From assembly GCA_963755715.1 (NCBI GenBank), contig CAVWLW010000033.1, forward strand, positions 321,400 to 385,399: DNA of 64,000 nucleotides, in the 5' to 3' direction. The notes under the pieces were generated by a model. The model worked only from the letters and a program-made list of their open reading frames with translations. It searched no databases and was not told the DNA's origin. A program made the translations under genes and the position numbers. This document shows, piece by piece, positions 55,099-64,000 of this stretch (positions are counted from its first letter, which is position 1; each line of letters begins with the position of its first letter). Source of the DNA: an uncultured delta proteobacterium. GTDB lineage: Bacteria; Desulfobacterota; Binatia; UBA9968.

Positions 55099-55831
55099 AT
55101 GTACGGATGGCGCGCGCGCATCGGCAATATTTCACCGACGGCTTGTTCGGAGATATTGCCGTATGAGTTTTATCGGGTGGCTCCCGAGGGAGTCACTTTC
55201 GTGTCGACCAATCTGGTGATTCGCGACGCGCGGGAGTCCAGCCAGGTCGAGGCTTCGTGGCGTAAATTCGATACCGCGTTTGAAGACCTTTTGCACACGC
55301 GGGTAGACCATATCACTCTCAGCGGCGCGCCGATGGTTTTGGCCAACGGCGTCGAGCGGCATCGACAGGTCTTGCAGGAATTTAGAAACCGCTATTCCGT
55401 ACCTGTCGGAACCAGCCCGCAGTCGTTCGCCGACGCGCTAAAATATCTTGGCGCCGTGAAGTTGGCAGTGGCGACCTCATTCATTCCCGCTCATAACGAA
55501 TTGGTCAGGGCATTCCTAATTTCGGAGGGCTTTGACGTGTTGGGAATCGAATCGCTCGACACGGGCATGACGTCGCTGGAAAAAGCGATGCTTTCGCCGG
55601 CGCAAGTGTTTCGCCACGTGCGCGCGGTCGGAAGAAAGTATTCAGCCTGCGATGCGGTGCTGATCACTTCGTCGGCGTGGCCGACGTTGACGGTGATTCA
55701 AGCAGCTCGAAAACGATCTGGGCAAACCGGTGGTGAGCAGCTCCATGGGCCAGATCTGGTGGCCGCTGAAGGAGCTCGGGATCAAAGCGGACATCAAGGG
55801 ATACGGCAAACTTCTTGGGACGCTGTCCTGA
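55099..55831 (+). CDS. Maleate isomerase/arylmalonate decarboxylase-like protein (frameshift near 55702)
   Basis: MYGWRARIG, YEFYRVAPEGV; LENDLGKPVVSS...GYGKLL in the shifted frame, TGA at 55831. Confidence 0.8.
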
Positions 55832-55844
55832 TGGGGTTCGTGTC

Positions 55845-56863
55845 ATGAGAAACCACGGCAGCATCCGACTGTTCATCGTGGGGATGATCGCGGTTGTTCT
55901 TGATGTGTCATGCGCCGAGCATGTTGGCGGCGCAGGCAAAACCGCTTATCAAAGTCGTCGCCGGCTATGGTTCTACGGACGGCGCCATCGCGCCCTTGTG
56001 GTTTGCCAAGGAAACTAAACTATTCGAAAAGCGCGGCCTCGACGTGCGTCTCGTCGGCATGGGCACCGGTTCGGTGTCCTTGCGCGCGCTGATCGCCAAT
56101 GATCTGGAAATTGCTTCGCTCTCGGGTTCCGGCTTGGTGCAAGCCGCTCTGCAGGGCGCCGACACGGTCATTCTTTCCGCCGCCATCAATGGTTTTATAT
56201 TCAAGGTTTTCGGCGCGCCGGAAATTTCCAGCCCGGCGCAACTCAAAGGCAAAAAATTGGGCGTGAGCCGCTACGGCGCCACGTCGGATTTCGCCATTCG
56301 CCTGGCGCTAAAAAAATGGGGACTCGAATCCTGAACGCGACGTCAGCATTCTCCAGATCGGCACGACCCAGGACACGCTCCGCGCCATGCAGACCAAAAT
56401 GCTCGACGCCGGCGTGCTGAGCGGCACGGCGTCGCTGATGGCGCGCAAAGCGGGATTCCGCGAGCTGGGGGACCTCGCCGAGCTGGGACTGCATTATCCG
56501 ATGGCGCCCATCGGCACGACGAAATCTTATCTCCAGAAAAACGAAGCGGTCGTGAAAGAATTCATGCTCGCCTACATCGAAGCGATCCATGATTTCAAGC
56601 GCAACAAAGAAGCCGCGCTGGCGGTGTTGAAGAAATATACGCGCAACGACGACCGCGAGGTGTTGGAAGATAGCTACAGTAATGCCGCAAGCAAGTATCT
56701 GGCTTTGCCGATTCCGACAATCGACGGGATACGGACGATTCTGACGGAACTTTCAAGCACGGTACCCGCGGCGAAGAACGCCGATCCGGAACAATTCGTC
56801 TCGTACAAGATCGCGCGGGAGATCGAAGCGAGCGGGTTTGTCAAACGGCTCTACGAAAAATAA
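55845..56863 (+). CDS. ABC substrate-binding protein, NMT1/SsuA-like (frameshifts near 55915 and 56325)
   Basis: Signal peptide, LFEKRGLDV, LKGKKLGVSRYG, C-terminal AKNADPEQFV...SGFVKRLY. Confidence 0.82.
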
Positions 56864-57187
56864 CAGGCTGTTGAAAAAGGCCCACCTGCTTCGTTGCGAC
56901 TCGAGTTCGATGTTCGCGTCAACGTGCTCAAGAGTACCTGATCCGTCACGACACGATCAGGTCTATGCGCGCCTCGCATCTGAACCTTTTTGAACAGCCT
57001 GACCTCAGGATTTTTCAACTGTTTACAAACCACTCTTGCTCATTGTAAAAGCTCATCGATTTCGCGTCAACGTACAAGTACGCCTCCGCTCATCGATCTT
57101 CGCGCGCCTCGCATCTGAACCTTTTTGAACAGCCTGACCTCAGGATTTTTCAACTGTTTACAAACCACTCTTGCTCATTGTAAAAGC
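56864..57187. repeat. Repeat family D element with an exact 86-bp direct duplication (56967-57052 and 57102-57187)
   Basis: Inverted ends aggctgttgaaaaagg...cctttttgaacagcct; the two 86-bp copies appear identical by eye. Confidence 0.8.
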
Positions 57188-57403
57188 GGCCAGCAACGAT
57201 GATGGATCGTTCTCGTGTCGAAACCACCAAGCCTTTGTCCCGATGGAGACTGGCATGACACTTTGCAGATTATTTTTGCGGATTGCGTGCGCATTTGGTT
57301 TTTGCTCGTTCGCTTTGTCAGCGTGGGCTATAATCCATTTCCAATTTGAGTAGAGTTTATCGCCACATTCTAACTACCCCCGAATCCAAGTTATAATTAA
57401 GGG

Positions 57404-58838
57404 ATGAACAAAAATGTCATTCTTTTCTTGGCCGCCGTTGCTTTCTACGTAGGTTTTTCACTTGCCTTTGCATTATATGCGAATGCGTCCGGCTTACTGC
57501 GCGTAAACCCGCAAAACCCCCGTTATTTCACCGATGACTCCGGCAGAGCTATCTACTTGGGTGGGAACCAAATTTTCGGGGATCTTCAAGATTATGGCTG
57601 GAGCAGCAGTTATACCGATTGGCGAGGGTATTTGAAATTCGCACGAAACAAGAATCTAAATTTTCTTCGCAACTGGACGATTTGGAGTACTCACGGCGGT
57701 CGAGCGACGCCTATGCAATACGTGAGAACCGGCCCGGGCACAGCGGCGGATGGCCAACCCAAATTCGATCTCACACAATTTAACCAGGACTTTTTTGATC
57801 GCATGCGCTCGCGCATTATAGATGCAGGCAATAACGGCATTTACGTAAGTATTATGCTTTTTGACGTTTATGCCTTCGGAAATCACTTATGGTCCGACAA
57901 TTTGTTTAACGGAGCGAACAATATTCAAGGAATAGATGTAGACGATGATCGTAATAATTGGGGGACCGAATTCTTTTCGCCCAGTTCGGCAGTAGCTCAA
58001 ATACAAAAAGATTATGTAAAAAAAGTCATTGATACAGTGAGAGACCTAGACAATGTCTTTTTTGAGGTCGCAAATGAAGCCACTGCTATCCAATGGCAGT
58101 ACGACATGATCAATTTTATACGTTCATATGACGGGTCCCGACACCTCGTCTATATGTCGGCGGGTGGAATGAACACTCAGGGAAATTGGGAATCTATGAA
58201 TAATTCTGATGTAGCCAACAGCCCTAGCGATATGTTTGCCGTTTTGGATGCGTCGGGCATCCCTTACAATTCGCCTATAGATAATACGGGAAAACCGGCT
58301 GTAATTGATACTGATCATACGAACCCGGGAAAAAATGGCCGCGATTTGCCATGGAGAGCAATTACCAGAGGATATCATTTCAATCTTTACGACCATCCTT
58401 GGGAAGCGCCTCAAACTGAAAGCGCCGATTGGGATCTGGTGAGAAGCAATATCGGCCAGGCCAATAGATATGCCGAGAATGCAGATAAACCTTGCAGGGA
58501 TGAATCCAAGCACTAGTATTTGCTCAACAGCATTTTGCTTGGTTAGCCCCGGCGTTGAATATTTGATTTATGCTCCCGATGGAGGCCCATTCACCGTAAA
58601 TTTGCAGACTGGAAACTATTCCTATGAATGGTTTAATCCTTCCACCGCTTTGGTGCAAGGTTCGGGCACCGTGTTTGCTGATGGAGGGAACCAATCTTTC
58701 ACTCCGGAATTTGGCGGAGACGCCGTGCTTTACCTGAGAAGCGAAACGGTTGTGCCAGATCCGCCTCCATCGCAAGCATCCGATTACCCCCACGCCGAAT
58801 CTCGCTTTCCCGAGTCGACGAACCAGGTGCTCGAGTGA
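57404..58838 (+). CDS. Secreted DUF6298/DUF4038-like glycoside-hydrolase-fold protein with C-terminal collagen-binding-like domain (frameshift near 58478), AT-rich
   Basis: Signal peptide, LRVNPQNPRYFTDDSGRAIYL, FEVANE, DTDH; PGVEYLIYAP and YEWFNPST in the shifted frame. Confidence 0.75.
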
Positions 58839-58910
58839 AAATCCCTCGGAGACGAGGTCATGCGAAAAATGCTGTGGGACAACGCGACCAGATGCTTCGG
58901 CCAGCCTTAG
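58776..58910 (+). pseudogene. C-terminal remnant of an Amidohydro_2 gene
   Basis: ASDYPHAESRFPESTNQVLE*KSLGDEVMRKMLWDNATRCFGQP* resembles the SDYPH...ENA tail of the 34478 protein. Confidence 0.72.
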
Positions 58911-59160
58911 AAAATGAAACGAGGCAGCTTGGCAGATACTTTTGAAATACGCGTGAAACTTGGACTCGATCGCCAATGCCCATTGCCGCCAGTGTCGCAA
59001 GGCAAGTGGTTCCGCAGTTGCTACCAAGGCAGCCTGGAGCCATGGGGCCTCGCCAATCTCGCAGACGCTGTCTGCGCGAATTCTGCCGCTCGGTGATACA
59101 CCGGTAAATCCGCTTGCTGGCGCTAGTTCTCAGTGAACCGCGGGCTGCCTGCTGTTTCAT

Positions 59161-59198
59161 GTTGACAGCAAGCGGATCAACGAATACTTTCGACGCAG
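59161..59198 (+). promoter_or_regulatory. Promoter/operator copy 2
   Basis: TTGACA-17-TACTTT with GTTGA-N11-TCAAC palindrome. Confidence 0.65.
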
Positions 59199-59246
59199 CA
59201 CAACAGTGTCTACGCCGGCGAATTTGCCGGCCGTACAGGAGGAACA

Positions 59247-60929
59247 ATGCCATACGACCTGATAATCAAGAACGGCAAAGTGATCGACGGTTCCGGACTG
59301 CCGGGCTTTCATGGCGACGTCGCCGTCAACGGCGGTCGGATCGTCGAGATCGGCAAGGTGAGTGGAGAGGCGCGCCAAGTGCTGAATGCGGATGGCTTGG
59401 TGGTCGCTCCCGGCATCATCGACAACCACACTCATTACGATGCCCAGGTCACCTGGGATCCGCTCTGCACCTATTCTTGCTATCACGGCATTACCACCGT
59501 CGTCATGGGCAACTGTTCTCTGGCGATGGCTCCCGCGCATCAGGAAGATCGCGAGATGCTTTCCGGAGTCTTGTCCCACGTGGAAGCGATTCCGCTGGAA
59601 GCGATCCAAGCCGGGGTCAACTGGTCCTGGGAAACGATTCCCGAGTATCTCGATGCTCTGGACCAACGGCTGGGCATAAACGTCGCTGCCCTCATCGGTC
59701 ATTCCGCGGTGCGCCGCTACGTGATGGGTGAAGCGTCGCAGGAACGGCACGCCACCGATGACGAGGTTGCGGCCATGAAGGCGATCGTCCGCGAAGGGTT
59801 AGAGGCCGGCGCCGTGGGCGTCTCCTTCGAGCGCAATCTGCGCCATTTCGATTGGAATGGCCGGCTGGCGCCGACCAATCTCGCTTCTGAGGAAGAGATT
59901 TTCGCCGTGGCGGGCGTGGCCGATGAAGTGGGGCGCGGGGTGATCCAGTTTGGCGGCGACCGCGGTATCAGCACGAAGCTAGCCAAGGCCAGCCGGCGGC
60001 CGGTTTTCTACGGCAACATCACGCAGCAGGCGGTGGCGCCGGACAAATGGCGCAAGCAGCTGGGAGAAGCCGAGAGCTTGATGCGCCAGGGACATCGCGC
60101 CTACCAGTTTGTCATGCCGCGGCCCGGCGACCTGCGTTACACGCTGAGGACCGCGCAGCACTTCGACGCCATGGCCACCTGGAAAAACGTCATGTTGCTG
60201 CCGCACGACCTGCGCACACAAGCATTCCGCGATCCGGAGACGCGCGCCAAACTGCATCGGGAGGCGGTCGAGACGCCGATGGATACCAACCGCGCCGGCG
60301 ATTTCACGCGCCGCTGGGATTTGCAGTTCGTATTCAAGCCCGCGCTGGCGAAAAACCAGCACCTCACGGGCAAGAGCGTGGCGGACATCGCGCGGGAACA
60401 GAATAAAGACGTGCTCGACGCATTCCTCGACCTGGCGCTGGAAGAAAATCTGGAAACCGAATTCGAACGGCGCGAAGTCAACAGCGACCAAGCGGCCATG
60501 ACCGCTCTGCTCACCAGTCCGTACACCGTCATCGGGCAGTCGGACGGCGGCGCCCACGTGGTTTTTCGCACCGACTATAGTTACTCCACCTATCTGCTGT
60601 CGCACTGGGTGCGCGAAAAAGAAATCATGTCGCTGGAGGACGCGATCCGAAAGCTCACGTTCGTGCCGGCATCGCTCTTCGGATTCTCCGACCGAGGGCT
60701 GGTGCGCCCCGGCATGGCGGCAGATCTGATGGTGTTCGATCCCGCGACCATCAGCCCGTTGGAACCGGGCGAGGCGCACGACCTGCCGGGCGGAGCCAAG
60801 CGCCGCAAACAACTCGCTAAAGGGATCGAGTGGACCGTGGTGAACGGGCAAGTGCTCATGGAAAAGGGCGAACACACCGGCGCCTATCCCGGCAAGGTGG
60901 CGCGCAGCAGCAGCGCGGCGCAGCAATAA
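59247..60929 (+). CDS. N-acyl-D-amino-acid deacylase family amidohydrolase
   Basis: PGIIDNHTHYDAQ, VMGNCS, GHSAVR, SDGGAH, VVNG. Confidence 0.9.
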   Translation: MPYDLIIKNGKVIDGSGLPGFHGDVAVNGGRIVEIGKVSGEARQVLNADGLVVAPGIIDNHTHYDAQVTWDPLCTYSCYHGITTVVMGNCSLAMAPAHQEDREMLSGVLSHVEAIPLEAIQAGVNWSWETIPEYLDALDQRLGINVAALIGHSAVRRYVMGEASQERHATDDEVAAMKAIVREGLEAGAVGVSFERNLRHFDWNGRLAPTNLASEEEIFAVAGVADEVGRGVIQFGGDRGISTKLAKASRRPVFYGNITQQAVAPDKWRKQLGEAESLMRQGHRAYQFVMPRPGDLRYTLRTAQHFDAMATWKNVMLLPHDLRTQAFRDPETRAKLHREAVETPMDTNRAGDFTRRWDLQFVFKPALAKNQHLTGKSVADIAREQNKDVLDAFLDLALEENLETEFERREVNSDQAAMTALLTSPYTVIGQSDGGAHVVFRTDYSYSTYLLSHWVREKEIMSLEDAIRKLTFVPASLFGFSDRGLVRPGMAADLMVFDPATISPLEPGEAHDLPGGAKRRKQLAKGIEWTVVNGQVLMEKGEHTGAYPGKVARSSSAAQQ

Positions 60930-60941
60930 ACTGAATCACTT

Positions 60942-60969
60942 CGCGGGCGGGGTTTTAAGCCCGCCCGCG
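60942..60969 (+). terminator. Hairpin (terminator or REP) after the deacylase gene
   Basis: cgcgggcggg-N8-cccgcccgcg. Confidence 0.5.
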
Positions 60970-61271
60970 CCAAGCGGTTGCTCACCCCTTGGGAAACTGC
61001 CAGCTTATCGCGCGTACCGGCTACACTCTCGGCCGCCTCTCAGCATGACTGCGATTCTTCTTGGACTGCATCTCCATCCGCCGCCGCGGCAGAGTCTCGA
61101 CGCTATTCTTGATCACCTCAATCTAGTCCACTCTTGACCGGTCCAGAACTAAATTGTTGCTCTCCTTTCCTCTTTCTATTAAAACCTCGATTGAGAGCTT
61201 TCACACAGTCTGGAGCAGCGAGATCTTTCTTGATCGGCAATACCGATTGAGAAAACGACAAGGAGTTTGGC

Positions 61272-62783
61272 ATGGCAGATAAGTACGACGTGATTATTGT
61301 TGGCGGCGGTTCGGCGGGGTGCGTGGCGGCGACGCGTCTTTCCGAAGATCCGAACCGCAAAGTTTTATTGATCGAGGCTGGACCGGACCCGCAGCCGCTG
61401 CCGGAATTGGTCGCCGACGCATCGAAACAAACCCGGCTTTTGCTCGAATCCGACTACGTCGCGATGTTTCCGACGCAGCGCCATTCGGATGGCAGCACCT
61501 ATTATGCGCTCGCCGGCCGCATCATGGGCGGCGGCTCGTCGGTCAACGTGATGTCAGTGCTGCGGCCGCAGCGCTACGACTTGGATCAATGGGTGGCGGC
61601 GGGAAATCCTGATTGGACCTATGAGAAATGTTTGCCGTTCATGAAGAAGATCGAGTCGGATCAAGATTTTCCCGACAGTCCAATTCATGGCAAAGATGGC
61701 CCGCTTTATGTGAAGCGTAATTTCACCCTCGACATGGAGACGTCGGCACCGGTGCGCGCATTTCTCAATGCCGCGTACGGCATGGGTTTGCCCAAATGTC
61801 CGGATCTCAACGTGCCGGAGCCCTACGGCGTGTGCGCGTCGCCGTACAATATTAAAGACGGCAAGCGCCAGTCGATGGTCGTAGCCTATTTAAGCCTGGC
61901 GCGCGGGCGTAAGAATCTGACGATCGTCGCCGAAGCGGCGGTGCATTCGCTGAAGCTCGCCGGCAAGAAAGCCGAAGGCGTGAACTACGAGAAAGACGGA
62001 CAAATGCACACCGCGCTCGGCGGGCAGATTCTCGTCACCTCCGGCGTCTATGGCACACCGCAGATTCTTATGCTCAGCGGCATCGGCCCGTCGGCGGAGC
62101 TCAAGAAGCACGGAATCTCCCCGGTTCATGAATTGAACGGCATCGGCGAGAACTATCAAGATCACCCGGTGGTGTTTATGACCTATGAGGGACCGAAGGA
62201 ATCGAAAGAAGACTGGGTCGTGCCGCGCTTCCGCTTGATCATCCGCAAAAATCCGATCAGCGAGGCGGCCAATTTTCACATCAACATGCGCCCGCCGACG
62301 GAAGTGACGGGTTTGAAGCGAATGATGCCGATCTCGGCGCACTTGCTCGAACAGCGCAATCGCGGCCGGGTATTTTTGCAAAGCACCGATCCGCACGAGC
62401 AAGTCGGCATCGATTCGTGTATGCTCGAACATCCCGAAGATTTGAAGGCGATGGTCGAAGCGATGCAATTCATCGACGAGCTGGTGCATCGGCCGGAGAT
62501 CAAAGAATTCTACGGTCCGTTGATTCAACCCGGTCCGGGTGAAGACTGGGGCGCGTTCGCGCGCAAGACCTATGACAGTTATCACCACGGCGTCGGCACC
62601 TGTAAGATGGGTCCGGCGTCGGACAATATGGCGGTCGTCGATCAGCGACTGCGCGTGCACGGCATGCAAAATCTCTGGGTCGGCGACGCATCGATCATGC
62701 CGGTGGTGAGCCGGGCGAATACCAACCTGACGTCGATCATGATCGGCGAGCGGCTGGCGGATTTTGTTCAAGAGATCGCGTAG
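61272..62783 (+). CDS. GMC family oxidoreductase (choline dehydrogenase-like)
   Basis: IVGGGSAG, GGGSSVN, PQILMLSGIG, HHGVGTCKMG, DASIMP, NTN. Confidence 0.92.
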   Translation: MADKYDVIIVGGGSAGCVAATRLSEDPNRKVLLIEAGPDPQPLPELVADASKQTRLLLESDYVAMFPTQRHSDGSTYYALAGRIMGGGSSVNVMSVLRPQRYDLDQWVAAGNPDWTYEKCLPFMKKIESDQDFPDSPIHGKDGPLYVKRNFTLDMETSAPVRAFLNAAYGMGLPKCPDLNVPEPYGVCASPYNIKDGKRQSMVVAYLSLARGRKNLTIVAEAAVHSLKLAGKKAEGVNYEKDGQMHTALGGQILVTSGVYGTPQILMLSGIGPSAELKKHGISPVHELNGIGENYQDHPVVFMTYEGPKESKEDWVVPRFRLIIRKNPISEAANFHINMRPPTEVTGLKRMMPISAHLLEQRNRGRVFLQSTDPHEQVGIDSCMLEHPEDLKAMVEAMQFIDELVHRPEIKEFYGPLIQPGPGEDWGAFARKTYDSYHHGVGTCKMGPASDNMAVVDQRLRVHGMQNLWVGDASIMPVVSRANTNLTSIMIGERLADFVQEIA

Positions 62784-62807
62784 GGGCAATTCATGAATTG
62801 CCCCTAC
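62780..62807. repeat. Perfect 28-bp GTAG-type REP palindrome
   Basis: gtaggggcaattcatgaattgcccctac; contains the GMC stop codon. Confidence 0.7.
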
Positions 62808-62826
62808 ATTTTAAATTGGAGGTGGC

Positions 62827-63336
62827 ATGGCGGACTATCCACTCACCGCTGAAAAGATCAAAAGCGAATTCAAACGCGCCGGCATTCGCTTCGTCGTGGC
62901 GCTGCCGGACCGTGTGACCAGTCACTATTTGCTCAAGGGCATTCTTGCCGACCGGGATTTTCACGCCGTGCAAGTGTGCAAGGAAGACGAGGGTATATCC
63001 ATCTGCAGCGGGCTCTATGCCGCCGGGCATAAATCGGTGTTCATGATGCAATACACCGGCTTCCTCGATTCGATCAATGCCATCCGCGGCGTTGCGGTGG
63101 AAGGCCATTTTCCCGTCTGCATGGTCGTCGGTTTGCTGGGTAAAGAGCCGGATGTCGCGCCGACCAAGTCGAAGAAGTATGGCGTGAAGATCATCGAGCC
63201 GATACTCGACGTGATGGGAATAGAGCACCATCTTATCGAGCGGGACGGCGACGTGGCGCAGATCACGCCGGTCATCGAAAAGGCTTTTGCCAGCTCTTCA
63301 CCTACAGCTATTCTCATTGGAAGGGAGCCGCGCTAA
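62827..63336 (+). CDS. TPP-dependent decarboxylase alpha subunit (ComD/sulfopyruvate decarboxylase-like)
   Basis: VALPD, KEDEGISICSG, MQYTG. Confidence 0.8.
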   Translation: MADYPLTAEKIKSEFKRAGIRFVVALPDRVTSHYLLKGILADRDFHAVQVCKEDEGISICSGLYAAGHKSVFMMQYTGFLDSINAIRGVAVEGHFPVCMVVGLLGKEPDVAPTKSKKYGVKIIEPILDVMGIEHHLIERDGDVAQITPVIEKAFASSSPTAILIGREPR

Positions 63337-63338
63337 CC

Positions 63339-63905
63339 ATGATGAAACGAGATGAAATGCTCAAGGCGTTCGCGCGCCAGCGCAAAGACGAGATCGTTGT
63401 CGCGGTTTATACGGCGGCGCAGGAAATCACGCATATTCAGCCGAACGATTTGAATTACACTTTTGTCGGCGCCATGGGACAGGGATCGTCGCATGCGTTG
63501 GGTTTGGCGCTTGGCCGGCCCGACAAGAAAGTCATAGTCTTCGACGGCGACGGCAGCCTGCTGATGAATCTCGGCACCCTGGTGACGATCGCCAATCAGG
63601 CGCCGAAAAATTATGTGCACTGCTTATGCGAGAACGGCTGCTACGAAACCAACGGCTCCGTGCCGACTCCGCGCGCCGGGCAGATTCGCTTCGCCGAACT
63701 GGCCAAGACCGCCGGTTATAAAAAAACCTACGAGATCAGCGACCTGGACGAGTGGGAACGAAAACTGCCTGAGATTCTCAAAGACGAAGGTCCGGTTTTT
63801 GTTACTCTCAAGGTCGAACCCGGCGAAGCATACCCGGAAAACTTTCCGCGTCTCTACAACATCGAGTATCGTGAAAAGTTCCGCCAGGCGCTGGCGAAGA
63901 GCTAG
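63339..63905 (+). CDS. TPP-dependent decarboxylase beta subunit (ComE-like)
   Basis: GAMGQ, TPP motif DGDGSLLMNLG...ENG. Confidence 0.85.
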   Translation: MMKRDEMLKAFARQRKDEIVVAVYTAAQEITHIQPNDLNYTFVGAMGQGSSHALGLALGRPDKKVIVFDGDGSLLMNLGTLVTIANQAPKNYVHCLCENGCYETNGSVPTPRAGQIRFAELAKTAGYKKTYEISDLDEWERKLPEILKDEGPVFVTLKVEPGEAYPENFPRLYNIEYREKFRQALAKS

Positions 63906-64000
63906 TCCGCGAATATTTTGCGCCAGCGCGTTCTTTGGCTAGCGGCTTTTGTCTCGGGTCTAGCAGGCACTGAAAAATCTTTAAGAGTCCTTCGACGGCG

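Noticed and set aside
58836-58838. Second possible Sec UGA with an open frame after it
   Set aside because: Lies in an amidohydrolase remnant at a non-redox position, more plausibly a mutated Trp codon; no convincing SECIS hairpin

Overview
Bacterial chromosomal window, GC-rich with a few AT-richer patches. The first ~12 kb is housekeeping: the 3' end of class II ribonucleotide reductase (nrdJ), a secreted retropepsin, rpsO-pnp-M16 peptidase-dut-purB-purS-purQ-purL-purF. The remaining ~52 kb is accessory and catabolic: hydantoinase/oxoprolinase subunits, nitroreductases, degenerate M24 peptidases, MmgE/PrpD proteins, amidohydrolases, an amidase, racemase-fold proteins, eight orphan solute-binding proteins, a Phd-RelE toxin-antitoxin pair, a chromate transporter pair, a GMC oxidoreductase and a two-subunit TPP decarboxylase. 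This content and the dense REP/MITE-like repeats resemble Ca. Binatia-type genomes (inference only). Many genes, including purL, carry single-base frameshifts that most likely are long-read assembly errors. Top findings: (1) an unannotated selenocysteine-containing peroxiredoxin-like gene (in-frame UGA at the peroxidatic position, canonical bacterial SECIS, unusual HxxU motif); (2) a three-gene operon in which a small protein and the N-terminus of a large beta-propeller protein share a PxGG[RK]Ax[EQ]RL motif; (3) a BI-1 cassette flanked by a mostly synonymously diverged copy of the 3' end of the upstream gene; (4) nested repeat elements inserted at the same site without target duplication; (5) an AT-rich island fused to an amidohydrolase remnant; (6) a 38-bp promoter/operator shared by two catabolic units. 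No rRNA, tRNA, CRISPR array, integrase or transposase gene was recognised.
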